From Mobula birostris (taxonomy: Eukaryota): a stretch of DNA of 64,000 nt. The position numbers and the translations under genes were made by a program. This document shows positions 24,911 to 37,714 of the stretch, one piece after another; the stretch's first letter is position 1, and each line of letters opens with the position of its first letter. The notes under the pieces were generated by a model. That model did no database searches and was not told the origin of the DNA. It was given only the letters and a program-made list of their open reading frames with translations. The stretch lies in NCBI RefSeq assembly GCF_030028105.1, contig NC_092379.1, positions 26,529,821 to 26,593,820 of the forward strand. The letters are read 5' to 3'.

Positions 24911-27454
24911 GGACCGATGAGTTTGATTGCCTGTTTTTTTTCTGAACGATATTCTCCAAATAAAGTACACAATCTCAACTCCGATGCGACGCAAATAAAT
25001 AGAGATCAGATACTTAATAGGACAAGGCATCAAGGTAACTGAGGACTTGGAGCAGCTGGTTGAGGCTGGCTGGTTCTATTCTTGAAGCGAGGACTGTGGT
25101 AAATCGTTGTCTTTTTCATACGTAGTCGGTGTTCAACTGGATATTATTGTCAGTTTATTCCTCCTCGCTTTTCTGATACTGGCACTTCCCTGTTTTTATT
25201 GCCAGACAAGACACGCATTTCCATTTCAATAAAGTCAGGCGTGATGAGATGCATTTCAAGAGGGTATACCAGGCTAGGAATTACCCATTGAACTCCGTAG
25301 AGCAGAGACCAGTAGGAAGAAGTGCATGTTTCCTTGGATGTGGCTGGAGATGTGGATGGACTGAAAAGAAGGGATATGCCTTGCTTGCCATCACCGGATT
25401 CGATACTGAGATCAGGAGATGGTACGACTGTTATAACTGCAAGGCGGCATCAGCAATAATTCGTGAAGTTCTATTCGCCATAATGTCGGAAGGAGGTAGT
25501 TGGATGCAGAGGGTGCACGAATGATTTACAAGGATTTTGAAAGCACTGTGAAGTCTCCGTTATCAGGACAAACTATGTACGTTCAGCAGAAGAATAAAGA
25601 CTGGTGGACATTTGAAAGTTCAAACATACACACATATTTTTTTTTTTCAGTTTGAGGTATGCATGAATGTATGAGGAATATCCGCTGTACCTAGATTATA
25701 TTATAAACGTTTGAGAAGATTCATAAATGTATCCTCATCAGCAAAGACATGTATTGAAGGAGCTTGGCATTGTGGGTTCAGAATTGGCCTCCCCACAGCG
25801 AGCTTAGTTGGATAACAAATGGAGATTATTGGACAGATTTAGAAATGACAGACATACTTAAAACAACAACAACAACAACAACAGTAACAATTTTGGCGTC
25901 CTTTTAGTACAGAGATGAAGATGGATTTCTTTGCCCCGAGAGTGGGGATTCTATGCTATTTTTGCATCACAACTGCTTACGCCAAATCTCTATCTATATA
26001 TGAGACAGAGGTTGAATGATTATTGATTGGGCGGGATAAAAACGATACGGGGAGAAGAAAAGAGAGCGGGACCGAGAGGTAAAACGGATCAGCCATCATG
26101 AAATACTGGATCGAGCTCAATGGGCCCAAATGGTCTAAATCTCCCCCTGTGTCCGTTTTGTTATTCACTAAATGAGGGGTTTCTGATACGGTTTGCACAG
26201 AACTTAGATTGTGGGACCAGTTTGTCGTGTAAATTCGCTCTATCTGCAACAGGGCAGATGTCAGTGCATCCCAACCATTGTAATATCATTACCAAAACAC
26301 TTCCAACATGTCGGCTATGCCCACTTCTTCTGCTATCCTGAGGAAACACCCCGCTTTCGGTTAGGATAGCGTCTAACATGATGGGAAGAGCATCGATTTT
26401 TCCAATTTACTTTGATTTAATCCAAGTATCATTCTCTACAAATCCATTTCCCAATTCAGGCTCCCATCAATCGCTTTTCTCCTCAGCTCACTTCCTTATC
26501 ACTCTTCTTAGGTGTCACCAATGTTTCATACCTCTTTCCTATCTGATTTATTCTACTTATTTCAGCACTTTGCCTTCTCCACTTGCGATCTCCCACCTGG
26601 TCAATTCATGTCCCTTCCACCTTTCACGCCAGCTGGTTTCATTTCTCAACATCCTTGTTGTACTTCTACTCCCATCTACCTTTTTTTGTTCTCTCCTTTC
26701 CTATTCCTTTCCAGTCAGGAGTAAACTCATGCATTTTCTGTAATGTCTCCATTATCAGAAGTGTTCAGCACTATTCACAGAATATTTACCAGTATATTCC
26801 GATCAATTCACCTTTGTAATGGTAGCTCGTCGCATTGAAGAAATGAGAGACAACATCGAGTGCTATATTTTTGAAAAATCTGCTGTGCAGTAATCTATAT
26901 ACTCGCAAAAATCAGAAACGCCATGGAAATTGTTACCCGTGAGGAATAAAGGATTTTCTGTCACGACTCGAAACAGATATTTTAATTCATGCTAAAAATT
27001 ACCTATCTCAATGATGACACTGATATATAAGCTGCTGCACTGCATACAAACTAGGTTTAAAGATAAATAAAAACAAATTAAACATAATCATTATCCCCAT
27101 GTTGGGAATTGGTCGTCATGTTTTACAGGAGCGTTTTACGGGTGTTGGCAAGTATGAAAGCGTTTCAGTCCGATTTTAGGCTAAAAAGGATACATTGATA
27201 GAGATGGTTCAACAATGAGTTATGGAAAGGATGATTGCATTTGCCTTCAACAAGTTTCATCTCTAGCGAAATGCGCACAGAAATCCGTGTTTAGTAATTC
27301 AGTGTAATTTCATTACTATAAAGTATCCATAGCATATTCTCAGTTCTGTTTCTCGAACGTGAGAAATCTAAATTTAGTGACCCGGGACATTCGTAACTAA
27401 ATGAGAAAAAAGGTGTACTACAATACTGAACTGCAGTTACTGAGTAAAGGACCC

Positions 27455-28079
27455 GATAGGCGGGAGGAGAAGATGGCGGCGCGCCTGCGTGTGCGCAGCC
27501 CTCCGGTGGAAAATGATATTGCATCTGTTAAATAGGGGCCGTAGACAATTCTGATTTGATGGAGAATGGAGGTGCAAGCGCAGAGGAACATCTGGAGAAA
27601 TTTCTGAAACGCCCGTTCGCTGCTGTCGTTACTGTGTGGTCGGGAATCTTTCGGAGGCTATGCCTCAAAATCGCCGGTCTGGCCTGATTTTGGCGAACGA
27701 GAAGGAGGCCGAATCGTTCGGACAGAGATGGCGGTCAGTACCCGGTGTCGGAGAGCTGATCAGAGCTCGGAGTTTTGGATGACTCAGAGTCGGATTGTGG
27801 TCGGCATGGCAGGGAGAGTTCTTCTTCCTTCTCGCGTCTGCGTGAGATGCGAGACATTTGAGAAACTTTGAACATTGCTGTGCTCATGGACTTATTCATC
27901 AAGTTATGGTGGTATTACACTGTTATTAACTACATGTTATAATTATGCGGTTTTGTCAGTTTTTTTCAGTCTTGGTTTGTCCTGTGTTTTGTGACATCAC
28001 ATCGGAGGAACTAATGTATCATTTCTTAATGCATGCATTACTAAATGACAATAGAGGAGGACTACGTGTCGTCATAATC
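27455..28079 (+). mobile_element. Non-autonomous LINE-derived / SINE-like element (CpG-rich 5' end, LINE-type 3' tail)
   Basis: Begins gaggagaagatggcggcgcg and ends cattactaaatgacaatagaggaggactacgtgtcgtcataatc. No ORF. Family assignment is from general resemblance. Confidence 0.5.
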
Positions 28080-28119
28080 ATTTACGCTTGCTTTGCGTGC
28101 ATGGTCGAAAAACACAGAT

Positions 28120-28830
28120 ATAAGTATCATGGTGTGGTCCGTGAAGTCCGATTTCAAGTTCATGGTCCGGTCCATCAATCCGTGTTCTAGGTTACGGTTA
28201 GGGCTCCCTTGTTCTGTTGAGTGCCTCGATTGAATCACCTGATTCTCATTTTGGGCTGGACACTTAAGCAGCTCCGGGGTTCAGCTTCTTTTGCTATTCT
28301 GTTCCCTTCCTTTCCCACCCTTCTGAAGACGTGCCTGCCACATTCAACTGAAGCCTTGCTTCGCACCGTCTCCTGAAGCCTTGCCTGCAAACTTCGCCTG
28401 AAGCCTTGCTGAAACCTTGCTTGCAACCTCCCCTGTAACCCCGTCAATTTTAACCTCTGGATAAAGACCGGGGTAAGGATCGCTCTGCGTTGTTTGAAAT
28501 TGTCTCTTTGTGTCCTCGCCTTCGTTAGGTAGGCCCGGCAGTAGGTCCCTACCTTGAGTTCGGAACAGTCTCTTTGTGTTCTCTCCTCCGCTGGGTAAGT
28601 CCTGCCGTTTGGTGCTACCCTCAGTGGAGAATAATTTAACCGTGTTCAGTGTACTGTGTATAGAAAGAGCCCCGACCCTTGGTCCTGTTCCCAACGAGGG
28701 TGTTCTGGCTCAGTTTGCTGTGTACGAATCCAGCCGTACGACCTGCTCCCACGGAGGAGTCCTGGCTCTGTGTTCCGTGTTTCCCGTTTTCAAGACCAAA
28801 GCTCCGTTTTTCCCGTGCTCAAGACCAACG
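28120..28830 (+). mobile_element. Probable solo/partial LTR, cut at its right end by a Penelope-like element
   Basis: Non-coding, with an internal tandem motif ctgaagccttgc repeated about 4 times (28360-28425). Abrupt junction at 28831. Confidence 0.4.
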
Positions 28831-29573
28831 CAACACACATCAAAGTTGCTGCTGAACGCAGCAGGCCAGGCAGCATCTCTAGGAAGAGGTGCAGTCGACG
28901 TTTCAGGCCAAGACCCTTCGTCAGGACTAACTGAAGGAAGAGTGAGTAAGGGATTTGAAAGTTGGAGGGGGAGGGGGAGATCCAAAATGATAGGAGAAGA
29001 CAGGAGGGGGAGGGATAGAGCCAAGAGCTGGGCAGGTGATAGGCAAAAGTGGATACGAGAGGATCATGGGACAGGCGGTCCGGGAAGAAAGACAAGGGGC
29101 GGGGGACCCAGAGGATGGGCAAGAGGTATATTCAGAGGGACAGAGGGAGAAAAAGGAGAGTGAGAGAAAGAATGTGTGCATAAAAATAAGTAACAGATGG
29201 GGTACAAGGGGGAGGTGGGGCCTCAGTGGAAGTTAGAGAAGTCGATGTTCATGCCATCAGGTTGGAGGCTACCCAGACGGAATATAAGGTGTTGTTCCTC
29301 CAACCTGAGTGTGGCTTCATCTTTACAGTAGAGGAGGCTGTGGATAGACATGTCAGAATGGGAATGGGATGTGGAATTAAAATGTGTGGCCACTGGGAAA
29401 TCCTGCTTTCTCTGGCGGACAGAGCGTAGATGTTCAGCAAAGCGGTCTCCCAGTCTGTGTCGGGTCTCGCCAATATATAAAAGGCCACATCGGGAGCACC
29501 GGACCTCGCCAATATATAAAAGGCCACATCGGGAGCACCGGACCTCGCCAATATATAAAAGGCCGCATCGGGA
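28831..29573 (-). mobile_element. 5'-truncated Penelope-like element (GIY-YIG endonuclease end plus 3' region)
   Basis: Minus strand reads CSRCGLLYIGETRHRLGDRFAEHLRSVRQRKQDFPVATHFNSTSHSHSDMSIHGLLYCKDEATLRLEEQHLIFRLGSLQPDGMNIDFSNFH*. Confidence 0.88.
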
Positions 29574-29713
29574 TCAAACCATTGCTGAATCTTCACAAAA
29601 GAAGGCGAAGGAAATTTAAACAGTTGGTCTTGGTTGTGGGAAACCACAATCAGAAAAGGAGTGTAAATATATATGCAGCTGCAGAGCTCAAAGCATGGAT
29701 TCTACAATAAGTG

Positions 29714-29752
29714 ATTTTTTGTACGAGCATTTAACTGGAATACATCACTGTG
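29714..29752 (-). other. 23-RSS of V2
   Basis: CACAGTG + atgtattccagttaaatgctcgt (23 nt) + ACAAAAAAT. Confidence 0.95.
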
Positions 29753-30217
29753 CGGCGATCGCGCAGTAATAAACTGCAGAGTCGCTCATTTGCAGCTTTG
29801 AGATAGCGATATTAAATAAATTTCTTCCTTCGTCCAGAGAGATTTTGAAACGTGCTTTGGCAAAATCGGCTGTATCTTCTGTTCCACCAGAATATTTGTA
29901 CAGTATGTATTCAAGACTGTGTTCTGGCCTTTGTCGGTACCAATATAAATAATAGTAGTTGAGTGTAGTATCATAGGTGCAATTCAACGTCACAGACTCC
30001 TCTTCTGTCTTCAATGCCCGTGGCATTTTCTGAGAGACGGAGTTTCCAAGACTCGTATCTAAAATATAATATCAAAAATGAAATGTTATATTGTCGTGTT
30101 ATTTTTTTTATGTCCAGAATTCAGCGTCGAGAAGTCTTATGAGACGTTAGGTGCGCACAAACCAGTTAACAATGCTCCACACACAATCCAGATGACGAAC
30201 CACCACATCTTATTCAT
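29753..30217 (-). CDS. TCR alpha/delta-type V gene segment V2: leader exon 30217-30163, intron 30162-30059, V exon 30058-29753
   Basis: Leader MNKMWWFVIWIVCGALLT, donor G|GTTTGT, acceptor tatattttAG. V exon reads DTSLGNSVSQ…VTLNCTYDTTLNYYYLYWYRQ…ARFKISLD…SDSAVYYCAIA, is open, and is followed by a near-consensus RSS. Confidence 0.95.
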
Positions 30218-30331
30218 AAAGGATGCGTTAAGTGATTTTCTCCTCAACAGATTTTCGCTAGTCGTCAAGAAGTTCCGATTCTACTGTTTAAGTGAAGGTG
30301 AATTTGATATAATGGGGAAAAAATAAAACAC

Positions 30332-30367
30332 CCAATCGGAATGCGGCCTATTGACGCAAGCTCCGCC
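30332..30367 (-). promoter_or_regulatory. Putative V2 promoter: CCAAT (30332-30336), TGACGCAA CRE-like (30352-30359), GC box (30361-30367)
   Basis: Three motifs clustered within 36 bp, 115-150 bp upstream of the leader ATG. Confidence 0.5.
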
Positions 30368-30603
30368 TATTGCTCCCGATGCGACAAGGGCCATGTACCT
30401 CAAGGAAAAACCGTCACAGTCTTTTTTATACCACGAAAACCTGCCGTGAACAGAGGGTGAGATGAAGACAGGCTAACTCGTTACATGCAGAAAAAAAAAA
30501 TATTTTATTGAGAAGATTAAGAGAGAATAAATGATTAGGAGACGGAGTAATATTTACAGAATGGCTGTGTGCGTGTGCCTGCGTATGTTTCTGTGCGTCT
30601 GTA

Positions 30604-30677
30604 TGTGGCAGAGACAGAGACAGACAGAGAGAGAGGGGCACAGAAAGAGAGAGCGAGCGAGAGAGAGAGAGAGAGAC
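30604..30677. repeat. Imperfect (GA)n/(GACA)n repeat
   Basis: Read directly. Confidence 0.85.
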
Positions 30678-31376
30678 TGATAGATATTCTGAAATTCTGA
30701 ATATATGTGTGGAATGCAAGAGAAAGACGATAGAATATTTTGATGATGCCATACACCATATGGTAATTTTATACTGTTTAGAAGCAGGCAGAGAAGGAGA
30801 AAGATAAAACTAGATTGTCGAAGAAGTAGCATTTCTGAAGAGAGTTCCTACACCACTTTACCAACGTCGCATCAGATAATATAATCCCTGGTTTCATCAT
30901 GATGGAGACTCCCTCAAGTAAATGAGATGTTTCAGAATATGTAGCGAAGTTTCCTTATCTCTGTTGACCCGTTCCCGGACTGAGACAGCCCTCTGACGAC
31001 ATAGACCCTCAGCTCTAGAAATGACATTTTCCGTCGTACAGTCGATCAACATGCCAAAGAGGTGTATGGGGGAATTCTAAAAGTGAGCTTCTTGTCGAAT
31101 TTTAGGAAAAAAAGAAAACACCAATAAGTACAAGGATGAATCTCAGACGGAGATCGGTTCCTGAGACATATGAACTAGCGCCAGCATCTTGCGGTGTTCC
31201 GAAGGGATAAACAATGCTAAAATAAATCGACCGGGTCACTGAGGGACTGCAGTTCTGTACGATAGAGCTATTGGCCCGTATTATTATGCATAATTTTCTC
31301 TGCATCTCGGTTTCTACCTTTCGCACTTTAAACTGCTACTTCATTCGTTGCACACCGGTCTCTGTCTCTATAATAG

Positions 31377-31379
<3 letters not shown>

Positions 31380-31435
<56 letters not shown>

Positions 31436-31476
31436 GCGTGTTTGTGTGTTTGTGTGTGCGAGTCTTTGTGTGTGTG
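31380..31476. repeat. (GT)n microsatellite, perfect to 31430 then degenerate
   Basis: Read directly. Confidence 0.95.
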
Positions 31477-32605
31477 CTCACATTTTGCCATTCTTCATTC
31501 GCTGTCTCTTTGATGTTTAAATGCTATTAGAGTTTAGCAACACCCAGGGCAGAGTTGTGGGCCTACTGCCACAATAGGTTGGCTGTGATGGCGTGCAGTA
31601 CCAGAGAGGGACCAGGAAATATTTACATGTAATCCTTAGATCTTTCTACGGCTCAGCATAAAACCTGTCCTGACATTCTGGACGCTATTTGACTGACCCA
31701 GCGTTTTGCACCAGAACGCTTCTTGCTCCTCGCTTAAAATAGACACCTGAATTTTCGACAAACCAGCAGAGCATGAAACCTACCGTGCAAATATTGCCCA
31801 TTTTAACAGAATCTCACTTGGCGGCGGAGCCAATTTGGCTTTAAGAAGCACAAGGAATGAATGCCGTGCAGCTATATATTACTCATTCTGCTTCACGTTC
31901 TCTCCATTTCGCTCACACTGTCTCTTCCCTTATCTATTTCTATCTCTGTCAGTATCCCAGTATATCACGCTGTTTATCTCTACTCCCTTTCTTTCTCTAT
32001 CACTCTCGTTTTCTTCCTTGCTGCATGTCCGCCATATTCTGGCCACTCATGTCTCCCCATTTACTATTGTCTCTTTCTGTTTCTTTGATATGTGGGTCAT
32101 TTTTTTTTTGGGATTCTCTCTTTCCTCCCCACCAACTCTCTCTTCACTCTTTCTTTCTCTCCATCTCTCTCGTCCTCTTTATTTTCCTCCCTCAATCTGT
32201 TATTCTCAGTGCCTTTCAATACTGCCACTCCATCCACCTGTCCTTCTCTTCTTCTGTCTCGCTGACAGACCACTGCGTATCTCTCTGTAATTGTTTCTTT
32301 TCTATTGCTTCCCCTCTCACTTCCCCTCACTCGCCTTGCTCTCTTTGTGCTTGTGCATGTGCTTATGTATTATCATATCCCGACCTTACCCTTACCTCTC
32401 TCGTTTTCCCTTTGCGTCTGCTACTCCGACAGTCCTGCAGGTATTAGTTTCACAACATAGAAGTTCTCCCTATGAGAGTTTCCTAACGATAGGATATTAA
32501 ACTGACTTTGACCCCTCCAGTGTGTGTTTTCCTGTCTGTCTCTTTGTTCTCTCCCTTTAAAGAGCGTTTCCTCCCTCTCTAGTACATGTTTTTTTATCAG
32601 TCTAT

Positions 32606-32910
32606 CCACAGACGCCACAGAGGGTCGTGATTAGCACAGCTCGACAATTGTTCTCGTCATTTTAAAGTTCGTAGTTCGATTCCGGAGCTGCGTTGCAAAC
32701 AGATTTCACCATGGAATTAGCGGGGTTTCCCCAGATATTCAAGTTTCCTTAACAGAACAACGATGCAGAGGGTAGGTTAACTAGAAAATGTAAGTTGTTC
32801 CGTAATTAGCTGGAGATGACCCGCTTTGTCGGTGGTTGCAGGGACCGCGCAGTTGAAGGGTTATTAGGCCCTTCTCCGCGCTGTATCGCTACAATTGAAA
32901 AAAAAAACAC
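32606..32910 (+). mobile_element. Decayed tRNA-derived SINE (HE1-like layout)
   Basis: B-box-like agttcgattcc near 32675, a central gtttcct…aggttaact…tgtaagttgt segment, and a CR1-like tail ggcccttctccgcgctgtatc followed by an A-run. Confidence 0.55.
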
Positions 32911-34659
32911 AAATTAAGAATAAACCAATCTTGCATTATATATAAAATTATTTTGTCAGCGATAGGCCCCTAAAGTAACAGATTTCACCCTGCAAATCTG
33001 CTTTGCCAGATTTTATTTTTAGCTTATTGTTTTCTGGATCGTTCGAGAAGATGGCACATTAAATATAATTGCCTGCATAGAAATGTCTCACGAACTCAGT
33101 TTCCATCTTACTTTAGCTCTATCCCGATATATGGTAGGGAAAGTAATGATTCCAAGCAATTGTTGCCAGTTCGGAAGTTCCGAATGACTGTCATTTTCGC
33201 CGGAATGGAAAGTTCAGGAGAACGCACTCTGCAACAATTAGATTGGCCTCTTCTCTTCTGCGATAACATGGGTCCCATATACTACTGACGCACGACAGAG
33301 AAATGAGGACGGGATTGATTGGACATGAGTCCTGGCAGTCTGTTCGGTAAAATCTGACAGGGATGGCGTTTACCGCCAGAATGCCCAACTTCATTCTCAC
33401 CGTTCTTCTCTCTCAATCTTGTGAATTGAACTGAAGTGTGTTATTCTCCAGAATAATTTCATGAAAACTGAAAACACCCTATCGAGTGTTTAAGCTATGT
33501 TATTCAAATGTTGCGCTCAAGGAAGTCAAACAACATGGATCAGTGCACGTAGGAATGATGACAATGATCTGTGAAGGGAAGTCCTATGTTTGCAGTAACA
33601 ACTTTTCCATCATTGGGGACTGTTTTTGATTCCTTCTAATTCAGAACAAGATCACGTCACCCTAATGATTTTTTTTAATGCTCCGCCCTGCTGGTCGTAC
33701 AGCTATACGCCATCTATAGATTTTCTGAGTGATGCTGTGGAAATGATGCAAATCAAATGAACATGACAGCAATCAAATACGACCTCTCGCTACCAACTAT
33801 ACTATCCATACCTGGTCTGCTACCCAGATGTTGTTCGTCTATCGTCGACGTAGATGGGGACCTCGACACCATTATGATGGTGTTGATACTGGCGCTGATT
33901 TGGTTTAAGTTACGGAGAGTTGTGCAGCGTCTGCCTCACTCTCTCTTCACAATTTGCATCTGGATCAAGTGACAAGACAGAGTCGGGACGGCTGGAGATA
34001 GGACTAGACGCAGGGGATGACCCGGACGTCTTATATGTCTTGTCCTGCTCTACACGTTCCACGACTTTGGTAGATTTCCGCTTTCTTGACCGTTGGACCT
34101 TCCATTGGTCTCGACCGATCAATTTGCCGGAGTCTGTCTTCACATGCTGGGATAGACAACTGCCTAACTCACCGAGGGTTTGCCACCAGTCGGCTACCCC
34201 CACCTAGTTTTGCCGGTTTGTGCACGCCGTTGCCCGAGGTGTGGCCGCTGCGCATGCAAACAGCTACTGGAAGCCAGAGGTGCAATCTGAGTATCAGTTG
34301 GGGACCAAAGGTGAAGTAAGTGCCTTGAAATGGACGCGACATGCCCCCCCCAGAGGTGCTACTCCTTCCTGACACCCCATATCCATACACCCCACTACTC
34401 ACATAAGACACAGCGACACGACTTTAGAAGAATTATTCGTTGCAGAGGGTGTTGAAAGAATATTTTTTCTATGAAAGAAACAGGGGCAACACGGAACAGA
34501 ATACTGTTTGAAATATGATTACTGGCTACATCTGTCCCAAGGAGACTAATTTTTATATTTTGTTTAAAAAAATCATCATGGATCCTCTCAGCCAGAAAAC
34601 ATTTGGCACCCTACCCAGCTTAAAGTAGGAGCTGATTTTTTTTTTTTTTTTCCACCGGG

Positions 34660-37250
34660 TATCACACAGCGATCCCCTTAGGAATCAGGGTCTAGAATTC
34701 AATCCAGGATTGTCCCAAGCAAAAATGAAACCAACATTGCTAATCTTGGTGGACCCAAAGTGAAAGGAGGTCCAGAATATCATCAAGGAAGCAAGGTCAT
34801 CAGCTGCTTCACTACCTAGCAATAGACGCTACCATTTGTATAATGAATGTCCGCAGCTCCTCCGGTGTTTGTTGAAGCCAATGGCGAAGATTTGGCACAA
34901 GTCTCCGTCCCGCCAATCTGGAAAATTGTTGAAGGATGCTTTGCCCCAAAGGAACAAATTCCTCCATAATCATCCCGTTTATGACAATCTCCATTCTCAG
35001 CAAGAACTGCAAGATATTCGTCTCGGTGCCTGCAAGAAGGCTGGCTTCTACTTGCTGGAGAACCACTGTTTCATTACCTCCACCCAGAAATGTGATATCC
35101 CATTTTTTTTTCTTCTGTGTCCTTGTACAGATCTCAATAATCAGCCAATTGGTTCTCGAGGCCAGACTACAGAAAGACAAACTAACGTTCGTCGCGTTGT
35201 CCCTCGCGATCCCCTGCAGGTTAACAATGCAAGTTCTCATCCAGACAGGTCTGTTCCAAGACTATATCCCGCCAGTAACGAGAGACATAATTATAGGCTG
35301 CCTTGGAGGATTCATCTGCGCTTCAATTCAGCCTTCTTTACCACCAGATTGGAAGACTTCCCAAAAGGGATTCCGATCGGCTGCACAATGTTCTCGATCG
35401 TGTTTGCCATGGTTTTGAATCCTCTCATATTAGCAGCAGCAGACGTAACTCGTGGCCGAGTCTTGGAACCCGATATCGGACAGCCTGCAATGCGGTCGTT
35501 CACAGATCACATCACAATCATCACTGTAAACCATGTCCAGGCTAGATGGGTGTTAGAAACACTGGACAACGTAGCTAGCAGAGATAGGATGACCATACGG
35601 CTACTTGGCCGGCCAAGAAGTCCAGATGTATGGTGATGAAAAAATGCTAGGTTACTAGCAAATACAGACATCAGGTATGGACAGGAGTCTATCCATCTAT
35701 TAAGGGCAACTCAGTGAAATCTCTTCGAAAGCAGTTCAGTACAGCAATAACGGACAGCATCGGCATCAATGACACAATAAAGCAGACGGAGTAGTGTCTG
35801 AACAGGATCTATTCAACCGTAAATTTATGACATGGCCGTAATAACATGACATTCTCTATGCCTCTTCTGGATTTTCACGCTGTAGGAGATCCCCATGATC
35901 ATTGCAGAATGCATGGAGAGGGAAGTCAACAAGCACCTGAAGAGGAGGCTGGATATTCCCCCAACTTTTATTTAGTGGGACGCTACATGAGATCAGGCCA
36001 GCGACAGTTCCCGTTGTAATCGGTAGTGGAGGAGTTCAGGGTGGAAAAGGGTAGAGTTCTGTTAGCATTCGGGGACACCAATATCAAGCTAATAAACCAA
36101 GAAAGATCCACACCAAGTTCGGGCCGAAAGTGGGCTGCCAACCCGGCCATTGACAAGGCAGTGACCATTCAGAAATTCACATACATCTTCAGCAACCCAT
36201 TTCGGAGTCGGCAAGGCTCGGCTATGCAAACTTCCCACAATGCGGCATTGCAAGTGCAAGGAATTGGAGTGACATGACCCATGCAGTGATACGGAACCCT
36301 GAGGACAGAAAACGTTTATCAAGGGCAGTAGTATTGGCCTTACTGGAGGCCTGGACGAAATAGGGCTAGGATTGGAAAATGACGTCCTTCGGTATATATT
36401 TCCAGCCTGCGTCAATGCATGACAGTCTCCTTACAGTATCACAGCTGCACGGATGGTCATCAGAGAGCACCATAACTGAAAAATTGTGGTCTGCGGGATT
36501 TACTGCCACAGGGTATAACAAGACTCAAAACATCTTCAACACAAGACGGTATTTAGGAACACTTCGACAAAGTCCCGCTGCCCCGTGCTAACAAAATGCA
36601 ACGACAGACGTGAGAAACCAGATGCCGGAGGGGCAAATAGAGCAGTCGTTTTCATCAAGCAGAGGCCAGGCCAGTGCTATCAAAGAAGCTTACATCCAAT
36701 CTGCTACAAACTGCCAAATAATAGGAGAGGAAGGTTGATGTGGCGAGGAAGTTGCACTGCACGGACATAGTGCAAACCAAAGACCGTGCTATGGTCTACT
36801 AAAGACGACGACGACAACAACAACAACAACAACAAAACAAACAAACAAAAAAAAAACATCTGGTGGAGACCATACTACCATGGCAGCAAGGATGCGAGGA
36901 AGATCACCAAAGGAAGGCCCTGAAGTACCAGTTCTTACTCCGGGTGCGTACAGACAAAGGTTGTCAGCCACATGTATTCCTACTAGAAGTCAGCTGTAGA
37001 GGATCCCCGATAGGGTCCGCTTGGAAATTATTGTCTGCGCTGGGCCTTGATGAAAAGACCAAGAACCAAGCAGGCGTCAGGTGTAAATCTTGAAGGTAGG
37101 AGATCCAGGTCAGTGACTTGGTGACCCGCCAGCTGAAGAGTGCCGTAGTTAAGGGTAGAAACACTCTATGAAGGTTGGGCTGACGACATCTGCTCCTGGC
37201 CAAAGGTACGGTTACCTCATCAGGTAACTGAAGAGCGTATCCGGTGAAAT
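34660..37250 (+). mobile_element. HERO-type non-LTR retrotransposon (RT + restriction-like endonuclease), 5'-truncated and decayed
   Basis: Pieces include CPQLLRCLLKPMAKIW, CPKGTNSSII…TISILSKNCKIFVSVPARRL, KGIPIGCTM…MRSFTDHITIITVNHVQARWVL, EEFRVEK…SGRKWAA and PWQQGCEEDHQRKALKY…LEVSCRG. These follow the order I know from fish HERO ORFs. Confidence 0.8.
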
Positions 37251-37714
37251 ACTCCAGTGGTTTTATCCGCATCAGTATAGTGAATGTGTGGAGGACTGGG
37301 TGCGTCATATAATTAGAGGCATGCTATAAAAGGCACACGTAGCTGGTCACAGTGAAGTGTACGACACCTGCATGTATCGCCTAGAGGGCTGCATAGCCCT
37401 GAGACAAGCTGAGCCAGGTATATTATTGATCATAATATAAAGGCTCACAGGTATTGACGGCCCTAGTGCAGAGGGAGTTAGAAGAAGACTGACGAGAAGA
37501 GAATCACCGTGTACGATTGAAATTCAGATGGCAGAATGGTCAAAATGATATTTGTGTCAGTTATAACAAGGAAATGGGCAGTACTATCTAGCTGACATCA
37601 ACCAAATCTTGCACAAACCCCCAGTCATCTGGCCTATCTGCATCTCGGGTTTAAAATATTGTGCACAAAATGGGAGAGTCTTCAGACGATTTGTCATTAT
37701 CACTACAAATATAT

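Noticed and set aside
25544-25550. Isolated perfect heptamers (also 37348, 44530, 60874)
   Set aside because: None has a nonamer at 12 or 23 nt or an adjacent V, D or J coding sequence. The number is expected by chance.
31835-32447. Long hydrophobic ORFs, including a signal-peptide-like MPCSYILLILLHVLS
   Set aside because: They arise from a pyrimidine-rich low-complexity tract. There is no splice donor or V exon.
33650-33960. Octamer pair with a GC box and CRE-like motif as an Ig-type promoter
   Set aside because: ATGCAAAT/ATTTGCAT occurs at least five times in the window (8064, 33746, 33952, 51441, 53033), close to chance. No leader or V exon follows.
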